Shown: in pieces, positions 1 to 9,084 of the stretch | How the letters are laid out: each line of letters starts with the position of its first letter | Position numbering within the stretch: position 1 is the stretch's first letter | From: Candidatus Micrarchaeota archaeon | GTDB lineage: Archaea > Micrarchaeota > Micrarchaeia > Anstonellales > Anstonellaceae | Assembly (NCBI GenBank): GCA_013331805.1 | Contig: DUFS01000041.1 | Location: forward strand, 1-14,025 | Length of the DNA stretch: 14,025 nucleotides | Reading direction: 5' to 3' | The notes under the pieces: generated by a model | Told to the model about the DNA's origin: nothing | What the model saw: the letters and a program-made list of their open reading frames with translations, nothing else | Database searches by the model: none | Translations under genes and position numbers: made by a program

Positions 1-45
1 TCTAGTTCTTCTTCCTTTTTTTATTTTCCCTTTTTTTAGGTTGGG

Positions 46-1014
46 CTAATTTGAAAGCCAGGAAAGCTTCCCCTCCTCCACGCGGTACTTGAGTTTTTTC
101 CCGGAAAGCTCCCCCGATTTTATCAGGATAAGGGTATCCGTGCTCACTCCGCTTGGCACAGCGCTTATTCCGAGGAGTCCGAGCGCCTCAGTGATTGGAA
201 GGGAAAAATCGGACGAGCCTATTGAAAACACAGCCTCTCCCCCCCTCACAGTTATTTTCTCAAGCCTTCCTAACTTTTCAGATGCCGAGGTTTTTTTCAC
301 CATGCGCGAGTACGAGTTGAAGTGCAGCTCGCCGTTCTTGAAGCTCACGTTCTCCAAAAGCAGCCGGTCGCCAGGCACAATTTTCGGGGTCCCCTCGGGC
401 GCTGACCAGACCACCACCCGCCTGCAAACGCCTTCTTCGCAAAGCTGGAAGGAGGAAAGGGATTTTTTTTCCCCTGTTTTTTTGTCCAGGTAGTGGTAGG
501 CCATCTCAATCTCACCAACTTCGCCTTCCACATTGCAGGTTCCCGCAGTGAGCTTGGAGACAGCCACCCTGGGATTTTCCCTGCTTTTTTCGATTTTCCC
601 GTTTTTCGAAACCGCGATTTCCCCGGACCTGAAATAAGCGCCAGTGCAACGGATGCAGTCCCCCACCGATATGCCGCCTTCCACAATGCCCGCCTGCTCG
701 TTCCAGAGCACCATCGTGGCTTGTGATGACGCATCGGATATATGCAGCCTGACCGACTTTCCGAGCTTGTTTTGGTAAGTCTGCACCGGGAATATCCTGT
801 CGACGCAGGCTTCGAACGAAAACGGCAGGTGGGAGCCTTCCGCCTCCTTTAGCGCGACCTTCTGCTCCACGTCGATATTATGCTGCCTGCAAAGGAGCCT
901 CACTGCCGCGCCCCTGGTTAGGAGGCCCCCGAATTCGGAAATCTTGCTTTCAACTTCGCCCTGGAACTTCTCCCCCAGCCTTCCTTTCAGCTTTTCCTCG
1001 AAAACATCCGCCAT
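46..1014 (-). CDS. Replication protein A-like single-stranded DNA-binding protein (tandem OB folds)
   Basis: N-terminal 'FGGLLTRGAAVRLL' helical motif typical of euryarchaeal/DPANN RPA. Two OB-fold-like segments ('LHISDASSQATMVLWNEQA...VGDCI' and 'RRVVVWS...PGDRLLLENV...ELHFNSYS'). ATG at 1014 has GGAG upstream; the ORF is open to 1044. Confidence 0.75.
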   Translation of the reverse strand: MADVFEEKLKGRLGEKFQGEVESKISEFGGLLTRGAAVRLLCRQHNIDVEQKVALKEAEGSHLPFSFEACVDRIFPVQTYQNKLGKSVRLHISDASSQATMVLWNEQAGIVEGGISVGDCIRCTGAYFRSGEIAVSKNGKIEKSRENPRVAVSKLTAGTCNVEGEVGEIEMAYHYLDKKTGEKKSLSSFQLCEEGVCRRVVVWSAPEGTPKIVPGDRLLLENVSFKNGELHFNSYSRMVKKTSASEKLGRLEKITVRGGEAVFSIGSSDFSLPITEALGLLGISAVPSGVSTDTLILIKSGELSGKKLKYRVEEGKLSWLSN

Positions 1015-1075
1015 GCAAAACTCCAGCATGCGTTTTAATCCCAACTTTTATAATCTGTGGAGGGATTAGCTCTGC

Positions 1076-1975
1076 ATGGGAAAAAGGATTGTGGCAGTCG
1101 GGCACATAGTCTACGACATAAGGAACTACGTTGAGGAATTCCCGGAGCCCGACCACACTGCGGTCATGCGCATGGACCCAAAGGTGAGCGGAGGCGGGTC
1201 TGCCGCAAACGTGGCTGTCAACCTCTGCAAGCTCGGCTTTAATTCGGGCGTGGTCGGGAACGTTGGAACCGACCGGCACGGGAAATTCCTGCTTTCTGAT
1301 CTGCAGCGTTTCGGGGTGGACACCTCCCAAGTCAGGGTTTTCAGGGGCATGTCCGGCCTGTCGGTGATAATAATCGACGCGCATGGCGAGGTACGCGTGG
1401 TCGAGGATTTCGGCGTTGCGGACAGGCGCCGCGCAATCGACCCGGATTACATCAGGGAGTCGCAGTTTTTGCACATGAGCGGCTGCGCATTCCATTTGCT
1501 GGATGCCGCAAGCAGGGTTGCGAATCAGTCGGGCATACCAATCTCATTCGATCCTGGCCGGGCGGCCTCCCGGCTTGGGGAAAGGAAGCTTGCGCCCATT
1601 CTCAAAAGGGCAGAATACCTGATAATCAACCGCAAGGAGCTTTTTGCCATGACCGGCTCGCGCGAGGAATCTGCGGCATCTGACCTTGCCAAGAGGCACA
1701 ATCTTGTCTGCGTCATAAAGCAGGGCGGAAGGGAGATAATCGTGAAAACTGCGGCCGCAGACTCATTCACCGTGGATCCCTTCCACGTGAAGCCCGTTGA
1801 CACGCTCGGCGCAGGGGATGCGTTCTGCGCAGGTTTCATCGCAGGGGTGAACGAAAGAAAATCGCTTTTCGAGTCAGTGCGCTTCGCAAACGCCGTTGCG
1901 GCTGCCAAAGTCCTGAGGAAGGGGGCGCAGTCATTGCCTTCCAGGCGCTTCATAGCCAACAAATTCAAGGTTTGA
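1076..1975 (+). CDS. PfkB/ribokinase-family carbohydrate (or nucleoside) kinase
   Basis: PfkB signatures 'GGSAANVAVNLCKLG...GNVGTDRHG' and 'DTLGAGDAFCAGF'. Substrate cannot be assigned. Confidence 0.93.
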   Translation: MGKRIVAVGHIVYDIRNYVEEFPEPDHTAVMRMDPKVSGGGSAANVAVNLCKLGFNSGVVGNVGTDRHGKFLLSDLQRFGVDTSQVRVFRGMSGLSVIIIDAHGEVRVVEDFGVADRRRAIDPDYIRESQFLHMSGCAFHLLDAASRVANQSGIPISFDPGRAASRLGERKLAPILKRAEYLIINRKELFAMTGSREESAASDLAKRHNLVCVIKQGGREIIVKTAAADSFTVDPFHVKPVDTLGAGDAFCAGFIAGVNERKSLFESVRFANAVAAAKVLRKGAQSLPSRRFIANKFKV

Positions 1976-1985
1976 GGGGCGGGCA

Positions 1986-2699
1986 ATGGAAAAAATCACC
2001 CGGGCATTCGTGGTCGCGAACGAACAAAAGCCGATTGCGCGGAGGATAAAAAAGGAAGCAGAAGGGTTCCTCCGTTCTCAAGGGGTAAAAATTTCCGCCT
2101 CTTCCCCGAAGCTCATAGTCACTGTCGGCGGGGACGGCACTGTCCTTTTTTCCAAGAGATTCTACGGAACCCCCTTCTTTTCAATAGGAAGCTCGACCAG
2201 CTTCATCTGCCAGTCGAATTTCTCAGACTGGAAACGCAAGCTTTCCAGCTTCCTCAAAAGGCCGAAAGTGGAGCGCAGGCTGCTTCTTCAGTCCTCAATA
2301 GGGAAAAAGAAGCTTCCGCTTTCTCTCAACGAAATCGGAATCCGCAACCCCGAGCCCCGCGTGCTCTCCCTCCACCTTGCAGCAGACGGCAGGAATTACG
2401 CTTTCCGGGCTGACGGGATACTCTTCTCCACGCCCACCGGGTCTCCAGCTTACTGCTACTCGTGCGGAGGAAAGCAAATGGCAAAAAATGACACGCGCTT
2501 CCAGGCAGTGGCGATCGCGCCTTTCAGGAGGCTGTTCCCCCCGAGAATTTTCACAGCCAGTGCGGTCTGCCTGCTTCGCATATCCGGGAAAGAGCGCCCG
2601 CAGCTTTTCATCGACGGGCAGATTACTGGGAAGATGTCCCAAAAGGAAACCTTGGTGGTGAAGGCAAGCAGGCTGCGCTTTTGCTTCGCAGCAATCTGA
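1986..2699 (+). CDS. nadK: NAD(+) kinase
   Basis: GGDGT motif, 'LNE', 'DGILFSTPTGSPAYCYSCGG' and 'IDG'. Starts 10 bp after the PfkB gene, so probably co-transcribed. Confidence 0.9.
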   Translation: MEKITRAFVVANEQKPIARRIKKEAEGFLRSQGVKISASSPKLIVTVGGDGTVLFSKRFYGTPFFSIGSSTSFICQSNFSDWKRKLSSFLKRPKVERRLLLQSSIGKKKLPLSLNEIGIRNPEPRVLSLHLAADGRNYAFRADGILFSTPTGSPAYCYSCGGKQMAKNDTRFQAVAIAPFRRLFPPRIFTASAVCLLRISGKERPQLFIDGQITGKMSQKETLVVKASRLRFCFAAI

Positions 2700-2706
2700 T
2701 CTCCAA

Positions 2707-3936
2707 TCAGGCAAGAAGCATCCTGAGGTAAAAAAACGGGTCCCTTGCCTTTTTTTTCGCTTCCCTGCTCGCAATCATCCCTGCAAGCTCCTCGCGGAGC
2801 CACTCGCTTCGCTTTGCCTTTGAAATCGCAAGTTCAAGCACCCATCCGTTCGAAAGCACCTTCTGCATGGCGTGGCTGTAGCCCACATCAGGGCCTATCT
2901 CCTCCCAAAGCCGCCCCTCATATCTCAGGCAATCCTGAATAGTCACCTGCCCCTTTGCAAGCGCCGTGCCTATTACTTCGTCTGCAATTGCTGCGCTCTT
3001 CATGCCGTTCCCTATCCCCTCGCCTGAAAAGGGGTCCACCAGCGAGGCTGCATCGCCAAGGAGAATGAAGCCGTCGCCCGAGCATTTCCTCCTTGCAGAG
3101 GCAAGGGGCAGGCTCCACCCCCTCATCCTGCCCTGCAATTTGGCAGAGGCGAACCTTTGCGCGAATTTCTTGCTGCTGATGCACTGCAAGAGAACCTGCT
3201 CCAAATTGACCTTCCTTTTTTTCGCCTCAGAAAGGAGCATGCCCACTCCCACGTTTGCCTCGTTCTTGGAAAGTGGGAAAATCCAGAAGTAGCCTGGCAT
3301 GGACTCGGGTACGAAGTGCACCTCGATGTTGCCGCGCAGGCCGCCCACTCCAGAATAATAAGCGCGGACAGCCGCGGCATAGTGCCTGCTGTCCGCTGCC
3401 AGGCAGCCTGCCTTCCTTGCCACAATCGAATTGACCCCGTCTGCGCCAATAACCACATTACAATAATAGTTCTCCTCCTTTCCATCATGCCTGGCTTTGA
3501 CTCCCACCACCTTTCCCTCTTCGGACAGCACATCCACCACTTCGGTTTTTTCCATTGCCTTGCATTTTTTTTCCGCATGCTGGAAAAGGATGGCGTCAAA
3601 GTCCTCCCTTTTGCAGACAAAGCCCCCACTCACTTTTTTTCCGTTTTCCAAAAGCGGTATTTCCACCTCGTTTCCGCTGGGGGATGAAAAAATTATGCCC
3701 GAATTCCGCGGGAAGCCTTTTTCAGAAAGCTCCTGCATCAGCCCCAGCCTTTCAATAACGTTCAGCGCCTTGCCCCCTATCGCATCCCCGCAGGGCTTGT
3801 CCCTGGGAAAGCTCTCCTTGTCCAGCAAAAGGATCCGCAGCCCCCTTTCGGCAAGAAGGCAGGCGCAGGTGGAGCCCGAAGGGCCTGCCCCCACCACTAT
3901 CGCGTCAAATGCATTCCCTTCCATAAGCGCACCCAT
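2707..3936 (-). CDS. Geranylgeranyl reductase-family FAD-dependent oxidoreductase
   Basis: 'VVGAGPSGS' Rossmann motif, 'FPRDKPCGDAI', 'GADG', 'GYFWIFP', 'GDAASLVDPFSGEGI'. Alternative start at 3924 (GGGTG upstream). Confidence 0.92.
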   Translation of the reverse strand: MGALMEGNAFDAIVVGAGPSGSTCACLLAERGLRILLLDKESFPRDKPCGDAIGGKALNVIERLGLMQELSEKGFPRNSGIIFSSPSGNEVEIPLLENGKKVSGGFVCKREDFDAILFQHAEKKCKAMEKTEVVDVLSEEGKVVGVKARHDGKEENYYCNVVIGADGVNSIVARKAGCLAADSRHYAAAVRAYYSGVGGLRGNIEVHFVPESMPGYFWIFPLSKNEANVGVGMLLSEAKKRKVNLEQVLLQCISSKKFAQRFASAKLQGRMRGWSLPLASARRKCSGDGFILLGDAASLVDPFSGEGIGNGMKSAAIADEVIGTALAKGQVTIQDCLRYEGRLWEEIGPDVGYSHAMQKVLSNGWVLELAISKAKRSEWLREELAGMIASREAKKKARDPFFYLRMLLA

Positions 3937-4072
3937 TGCCTTTTACATTCGGTCCGCAAAAGTTATTTAAGCAAGGTCGGCTTCCAGAAAGGCGGGAAGG
4001 GAGCAAAGGTATTTAAACGTAAAGTTATAGAAAGAGGAATAATAAGTTTAGAGTTCTTTTAGGGGGATCCAT

Positions 4073-5437
4073 ATGGACAAACTATTTGCATTTTTCGCAG
4101 TGCTTCTTCTCGCTGTGCATCCGGTCCTGGCAGCCGATGAAGACAGGCTTCTCGAGCAAAAGGCACAGGTGACAAATGATGTTGATCCTTCCATAGGCCC
4201 TTCGAACGAGGTTCTGCCGGTGATTTCTCCCGCCATTTCAAATGCCATGTCCTGCTCCCTCTCGCCAAGCTCTATCGTTATTTCAGTTGGCAACTCCACC
4301 TGGGTCAGCGCGTCCTGCTCACAGGGCGGAAACGAAGTCGAGTGCCCGGAAGTTTTTTGGAGCACCACAATCGGGGAAATAATGCCGAGGAACAAGGAAG
4401 GCCCGGCTGCACTCTTCGTGGCCGGCAACTCGTCCGGCACTGGAAAAATCACCCTCTCAGGCACTGATGATTACAGGCCCCTGAGATGCTTTGCAGACGT
4501 ACAGGTGACGGACGGAAACGAATCTGTCCAGGCTCCACCCGTATCTTTAAGCGGGGCTGGCTCAAACAACGGAGGCGGGACTTTCCGCACCTCCACCACT
4601 GTTTCGATCTCCTGCGCAGGCAAGCCTTCGCAGATAAAGGTCACATACTACGTTTCCCCGCCTCCCAAAGCGGTTGTGGGCATATTCTACAAGGGCGGCG
4701 GAGCATTCACCAAGGTGTACTCGGCATCAATTGAATCGACCTCGACATTTTCATTCACACCCGGCAAAACAGGGGACTACGAGCTCCACGTTTCCATAGG
4801 CGCTGACCAGACCACCAAGAGCTTCTCAGTGGCAGCCTGCGCGCCCAATGCAACCAACGCCACGCAGCAGGTTGTAACTGTAAACCTGCAGCCCAGCCGC
4901 GAACTGATCCTCTCAAGGACGGTATCTTATGACGGCGGGTTCTCCAAGGATTTCAAGGTCTACAAGCTTACCAGCCAGGGAACAGAGGAAAGCTACGTTA
5001 CTGAGATAACACTGCGCTACTTCTACGGCGGCGAAGGAGTCGGCAAGAGCATGACAATTTCCGACTCTGCGCCAAGGCAGGTGGTGTCCAAGTCCAGCCA
5101 GATTGTCTTTGACAAATATCCGAGTTTCGTGGCGCCTGATCCGGAGGTGCGCTTCGAATGGACAGTGCCCTCGGGCAATGAGGAGCAGGTGCTGTCTTAC
5201 GGCTACAGGTTCTCCCGCCCGCTGACAGAGCAGATGATAGCCGCCTTTGCCCCTCCGCGCGCATTAGCAAGATCTGAGCAGGGTTCAGAGGAGGCCGGCA
5301 TTGGAACCGACCTCGCCGCATCGCTCATCGCGAACGGGCTTTTCGGCTTCTCCCTGGTCAGCATTGCAGTCGCCATCCTGGCGCTCATACTGCTGGCAAT
5401 GATTCTGGGCGTGGTCTTCGGAAGGAAGAGAAGTTAA
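4073..5437 (+). CDS. Secreted, C-terminally membrane-anchored surface protein with probable Ig-like beta domains
   Basis: N-terminal signal peptide (MDKLFAFFAVLLLAVHPVLA), S/T/G-rich beta-type domains, several N-x-S/T sequons, C-terminal hydrophobic helix followed by RKRS. GGGGG SD-like sequence upstream. Confidence 0.75.
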   Translation: MDKLFAFFAVLLLAVHPVLAADEDRLLEQKAQVTNDVDPSIGPSNEVLPVISPAISNAMSCSLSPSSIVISVGNSTWVSASCSQGGNEVECPEVFWSTTIGEIMPRNKEGPAALFVAGNSSGTGKITLSGTDDYRPLRCFADVQVTDGNESVQAPPVSLSGAGSNNGGGTFRTSTTVSISCAGKPSQIKVTYYVSPPPKAVVGIFYKGGGAFTKVYSASIESTSTFSFTPGKTGDYELHVSIGADQTTKSFSVAACAPNATNATQQVVTVNLQPSRELILSRTVSYDGGFSKDFKVYKLTSQGTEESYVTEITLRYFYGGEGVGKSMTISDSAPRQVVSKSSQIVFDKYPSFVAPDPEVRFEWTVPSGNEEQVLSYGYRFSRPLTEQMIAAFAPPRALARSEQGSEEAGIGTDLAASLIANGLFGFSLVSIAVAILALILLAMILGVVFGRKRS

Positions 5438-5469
5438 GGCGGGAAGCTAAAGAGCGAAGGCTGAAGGGA

Positions 5470-5934
5470 TCAGGACAGCTCATCCTCAGAATAAGTAAGG
5501 CCCTCAAGCGCCCTTTTGTAAGAGTGGATTTCTTCCTGCCTGAAGAAGCGCTTTATCTCCTTTTCCGCGCTTTCCTTGGAATCAGAGGCGTGTATCACAT
5601 TGTATTGGGTGGATAGCGCCAGGTCCCCACGAATTGTGCCGTTCTCAGCATTGGCAGCGTTTGTGGCTCCGCACATCCTGCGCACGATTTCCACAGCTTC
5701 CTTCCCCTCAATCACCGCAAGCACCACTGGCGAGGAGGACATGAACCTTACAAGCGATGGGAAAAACGGCTTTGCTTTCAGGTGCGAGTAGTGCTCCCCA
5801 AGAATGGCATTCGAAAGCTTCTCCATCTTCATTGCGCAAATGGAAAAGCCGCGCTGCTCGAACCTTTGGAGCACAATGCCGCAAAGCCCCCTCTGCACGC
5901 AGTCTGGCTTGAGTATGATGAGGGTCTTCTCCAT
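5470..5934 (-). CDS. ndk: Nucleoside diphosphate kinase
   Basis: 'EKTLIILKPD', 'GTIRGD' and catalytic 'NVIHASDS'. Conserved archaeal position downstream of L24e. ATG at 5934 follows AAGGAA. Confidence 0.97.
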   Translation of the reverse strand: MEKTLIILKPDCVQRGLCGIVLQRFEQRGFSICAMKMEKLSNAILGEHYSHLKAKPFFPSLVRFMSSSPVVLAVIEGKEAVEIVRRMCGATNAANAENGTIRGDLALSTQYNVIHASDSKESAEKEIKRFFRQEEIHSYKRALEGLTYSEDELS

Positions 5935-5939
5935 TTCCT

Positions 5940-6212
5940 TCACTTCTTCTCGGGCGTGGCAGCGAATTTCTTCTCGGCAAGCTTCTGCTCAATTTCCTTT
6001 GCAAGCGCTGACTCCTTCCTTTCAGGCGCCTTTTTCTCGGTCGAGAGAATGAGCCCCTTGTTAGTCCACTTCATGCGCCTGCCTTCGCGGCGCAGGCCCA
6101 CCTGGTTTGCCTTGCACTTGGAAGAGCAGAAATTCAGGGTGGTTCCGTCGCGAAGCACGTAGATTTCCCCCGTGCCCTTGGAGATTTCGTTGTTGCAGAA
6201 AGAACAGAACAT
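5940..6212 (-). CDS. rpl24e: 50S ribosomal protein L24e (eL24)
   Basis: 'CSFC...GTG..YV..DG....FCSSKC...KWT' zinc-binding TRASH pattern, plus operon context. Confidence 0.95.
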   Translation of the reverse strand: MFCSFCNNEISKGTGEIYVLRDGTTLNFCSSKCKANQVGLRREGRRMKWTNKGLILSTEKKAPERKESALAKEIEQKLAEKKFAATPEKK

Positions 6213-6217
6213 GAAAA

Positions 6218-6433
6218 TCACTTTGCCTTTATTTCCTTTGCCTCACGCTCGGTCTCAAGGAGCATCATGATGTCCCCCTTGCGGACAGGGCCCTTGACGT
6301 TCCTCCTGATGACCCTCCCCCTGTCCTTGCCGTCCAGCACCTTGCACATGACCTGGTATACCTCGCCGTGGATGCCGGTCTTCACGACCACTTCCACCAC
6401 TTCGACAGGTATTCCGTCTTGCGTGATTGCCAT
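6218..6433 (-). CDS. rps28e: 30S ribosomal protein S28e (eS28)
   Basis: '[47 protein letters not shown]'. True start is the ATG at 6433; the upstream part of the 150-aa ORF is an off-frame read of L7Ae. Confidence 0.96.
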   Translation of the reverse strand: MAITQDGIPVEVVEVVVKTGIHGEVYQVMCKVLDGKDRGRVIRRNVKGPVRKGDIMMLLETEREAKEIKAK

Positions 6434-6443
6434 CAGCCACACC

Positions 6444-7007
6444 CTACTCCTTTTTCTCGGCCGGCTTTTCAATCTCGAGCTTCTTTTCCTTTTTGGGTTT
6501 CGCAGCCTTGTTTTTTTTCTCCTTAGGCTTTTCGGCGTGCTCGTGCTTCTTCTCCTCGTGCTTGGCTTCTGCCTTGTGCTCGTGCTTCTTCTCCTCGTGC
6601 TTTTCAGCAGGGGCTTTTTCCGCAGGCTTTGCCTCTGCTTTTGGCGCTGACTTGCCAAGCTTGTCAGCAATGCTCTTCACAATTTCTGCCGCATTCCCGG
6701 CCTTCTCGATTGTGATTGCCGCAGAGGGGACGGAAAGCCCGGCTGCAGCTCCCAGCTCCTTCTTGGTCGGGACATAGCAGTATGGGATTCCCTTTTCGCC
6801 GCAGATCATCGGGATGTGCATGACCACTTCCTCCGGGTCGACATCCTCCGCGATGACCACGAGCGCGGCGGTTCCGCCTTCGATCGCCTTGGTGGTCTCG
6901 TTCGCGCCCTTCCTGATCTTTCCCGTGTCGCACGCTACTGTTATTGCCTCGAGCGCCTTGGACTGGATTTCCTTCGGTGTTTCAAACTTGATGTAAGACT
7001 TTGCCAT
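6444..7007 (-). CDS. rpl7ae: 50S ribosomal protein L7Ae (eL8) with long charged C-terminal extension
   Basis: '[15 protein letters not shown]...[18 protein letters not shown]...GIPY...KELGAAAGL', followed by a ~65-aa K/E/H/A-rich tail. Confidence 0.97.
   Translation of the reverse strand: MAKSYIKFETPKEIQSKALEAITVACDTGKIRKGANETTKAIEGGTAALVVIAEDVDPEEVVMHIPMICGEKGIPYCYVPTKKELGAAAGLSVPSAAITIEKAGNAAEIVKSIADKLGKSAPKAEAKPAEKAPAEKHEEKKHEHKAEAKHEEKKHEHAEKPKEKKNKAAKPKKEKKLEIEKPAEKKE
6537..6602. repeat. Perfect 27-bp direct repeat (6537-6563 and 6576-6602) encoding KHEEKKHEH twice in the L7Ae tail
   Basis: gtgctcgtgcttcttctcctcgtgctt occurs twice with a 39-bp period. Confidence 0.9.
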
Positions 7008-7013
7008 GATATC

Positions 7014-7056
7014 AACCTCGTTCCTGCCGCATGCAGCGGCCGGAGCTTCATAGGCT
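7014..7056 (-). promoter_or_regulatory. Putative kink-turn in the rpl7ae 5' UTR overlapping the Shine-Dalgarno
   Basis: mRNA reads AGCC-UAU-GAAG...GCCGC(UGCAU)GCGGC...ACGA-GGUU-GAUAUC-AUG: C-stem AGCC/GGUU, 3-nt bulge, tandem G.A/A.G pairs. GAGGU SD lies on the 3' strand. Confidence 0.65.
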
Positions 7057-7095
7057 CTTTAGAAAAAAGAGCGTTTGGACTTAAGCGGCAATGGG

Positions 7096-7103
7096 TTTAT
7101 AAG
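7096..7103 (-). promoter_or_regulatory. TATA box of the rpl7ae-rps28e-rpl24e-ndk operon
   Basis: CTTATAAA on the minus strand, about 24 nt upstream of a 5' hairpin (GCUCUUU...AAAGAGC, 7072-7054). Confidence 0.6.
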
Positions 7104-7184
7104 ATTAATGCCCGCCGCTGGCGTCGGAACCAAGTTACATTCATTTAAAAACATTTTTGAACACAAAATAGCCAGGAGGATACC

Positions 7185-7436
7185 ATGGGCTTATTTACGC
7201 TTTTCAGCAAGCCTCAAGCAAAATCAACAGGAACGTCTAAGGGCGTGAGTGTGGCCTTTTTCAAAAGCGGCAGGCGGAGTGGGGCAAGGGTTTCTTATCA
7301 TAGCCGGCGCCCCTGCGGCAGGATGTTGAGCGCCATTCGGCACAGGCTGCAGCTCGCCCGCGGGAACCAGAAGGCGCAGGCAGCCAAGCTCGAAAGGTGC
7401 GAAAAATCGCTTCGTGCAAATCGGGCGGACTCCTGA
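7185..7436 (+). CDS. Small basic hypothetical protein
   Basis: 83-aa ORF filling the intergenic gap, with strong SD (GGAGGG) and TTTAAAA TATA-like box at about 7144. No recognisable family. Confidence 0.6.
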   Translation: MGLFTLFSKPQAKSTGTSKGVSVAFFKSGRRSGARVSYHSRRPCGRMLSAIRHRLQLARGNQKAQAAKLERCEKSLRANRADS

Positions 7437-7444
7437 GGGGCGTT

Positions 7445-8002
7445 TCACTTCGCAATGTCAAGCAAGGCGCCAAGCGCGGCAGGAAGCTCGTTAATCCCTT
7501 CCGAGTGCGAGAAGTGCCCCATGTTCTTAAGCACAATGAGCTTTGCCCCAAGCTTCTGCTCAAGCTCCTTTCCGTATCTCACTGCCACGTACCTGTCGTT
7601 CGTGGAATGTATTGCAGCAAACTTACCGCAGTGCGACCGGATTTTCCCAAAATCAAGAGGATTTGGGAAGAAATCCTTCAACTCATTCATGCCCAAATCA
7701 TCCGTGAAGCCAGCGACCAGCACAACCCCGCCGACCCTCTCGCCCTTCTTCAGCCTTTCGATATAGCGCAAGACCGCAACAGTGCCCAGGCTGTGCCCCA
7801 CAAAATAGGTATTGGTGTCTGGCTTGCCAGCCAATTCGGAAAGCACGCCGAGCCATTTTTCCATTTTCGGGTTTTCCGCATCCGGCATCTGCGGCGAGAA
7901 GGTTTTGAATCCATTTGCCTCAAGCTTCTTCTGCAGCCATCCCTTCCATCCCGAGCCCGCAGTCCCGCCCCACCCGTGGATTATAAACGCCTTTTTCCCC
8001 AT
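7445..8002 (-). CDS. RBBP9/YdeN-family alpha/beta serine hydrolase
   Basis: 'IIHGWGG...W..WL', nucleophile elbow GHSLG, 'HSTNDRYV' and 'GHF'. Confidence 0.92.
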   Translation of the reverse strand: MGKKAFIIHGWGGTAGSGWKGWLQKKLEANGFKTFSPQMPDAENPKMEKWLGVLSELAGKPDTNTYFVGHSLGTVAVLRYIERLKKGERVGGVVLVAGFTDDLGMNELKDFFPNPLDFGKIRSHCGKFAAIHSTNDRYVAVRYGKELEQKLGAKLIVLKNMGHFSHSEGINELPAALGALLDIAK

Positions 8003-8121
8003 GGTTTCACTTTCGGCGTCACCTTAAAAAGCATTTTGGGCGCAATTTTACCAGGTGACCTGCAATTGCCTTAAAAATGGTTTGTTGTAGAAAGGATAAT
8101 ATCACGTAAATCGGTGGGAAT

Positions 8122-8649
8122 ATGCTGAAACAGGCGAGATTGGTGGCCTTTGCTGAAAAATTCCCTGTGACTGCTGGAAAGATGGGCGTGCCGCTAAACG
8201 AGGAACTAACTACGAGAAGAGTGCTAAACAAGGAATCAGAAAAAAAATTGGGCGTTATTCTAACTTCATTCAATAACCATCCAAATGATGGCAAAGGCGC
8301 AATGGTTAAAGTCAGAGAAAAGCTGTCAATTGAATTTTTGGGGTTGCTGATACAAGCCGCCCGCGAGAATGAGAACTGCACATGGTCAATGGCAACGAAA
8401 AAAGTCAATGGCAGCCGCGTGATAAGCATTCAAGCCAATGAAGACCCAAAAAATCTTTCATTTGACATCTTTGTAGGGCTCACCTCCCCTTTTTGGATAT
8501 TGGGCGAAAAATACATCTGGCAGGATACATCCATATTCATTAATCCTGGCGAAGGGAAAAAGTTTGAATCACAAGTGAAGTATGTTGTGGAAGAACTTCT
8601 CAACTACGATTCGAATCATGCCCAGGCAAGGAATATTCCCAAATTTTAA
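8122..8649 (+). CDS. Hypothetical protein (AT-richer orphan)
   Basis: 175-aa ORF with GGTGG SD-like sequence upstream. Visibly lower GC than the neighbouring genes. Confidence 0.7.
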   Translation: MLKQARLVAFAEKFPVTAGKMGVPLNEELTTRRVLNKESEKKLGVILTSFNNHPNDGKGAMVKVREKLSIEFLGLLIQAARENENCTWSMATKKVNGSRVISIQANEDPKNLSFDIFVGLTSPFWILGEKYIWQDTSIFINPGEGKKFESQVKYVVEELLNYDSNHAQARNIPKF

Positions 8650-8705
8650 TGAGAAAGCCGTCTCCTGGCGGGGCAATGGGCACAAGAAGATCCGAAAATA
8701 GCACG

Positions 8706-8717
8706 TTTCTTTTTTTT
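8706..8717 (+). terminator. Possible oligo-T archaeal terminator
   Basis: TTTCTTTTTTTT downstream of 8122-8649, between convergent genes. Confidence 0.35.
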
Positions 8718-8736
8718 CCAAATACTAATGCCCAAT

Positions 8737-9084
8737 TCAGCAGCACCCTTTGGGCTTTTTTTCAGCCAGCCCCACCTTGATTTTCAGCACGAGCTTGGCA
8801 GTTCCGTCCTTCTTTTCCGAATATTCTGCGCCCTTCCCCTCCGCCTCAAACACCAGCCGCGTGTCGTCCACGTCGAGAGGGTTTTCCCAGAAAAAGCGGT
8901 TGATGTCCGAAACGAGCTTCCTTTTCACCTTGCCATCCAAGTCGTCGCTTTTCCTTCCGACAAGGGTGATTTCCCCCTTGCGGTTTGTTATGTCCCCAGT
9001 AAGGAGGTTGGCGGGCAGCACTCGTATCGAATATTTCGAGTAGGCCTCCAGAAGCTTTGTTGCAGCGCCAATGCCGCTATCCAA
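8737..9084 (-). CDS. Hypothetical protein coupled to ppcA
   Basis: 115-aa ORF with protein-like composition. The TTG start overlaps the ppcA stop by 8 bp; the start is uncertain. Confidence 0.6.
   Translation of the reverse strand: MDSGIGAATKLLEAYSKYSIRVLPANLLTGDITNRKGEITLVGRKSDDLDGKVKRKLVSDINRFFWENPLDVDDTRLVFEAEGKGAEYSEKKDGTAKLVLKIKVGLAEKKPKGCC

Noticed and set aside
3985..4010. SRP RNA helix 8-like GGAAGGGAGCAA
   Set aside because: The intergenic space is only about 135 bp, holds divergent TATA boxes, and lacks the matching 5' strand.
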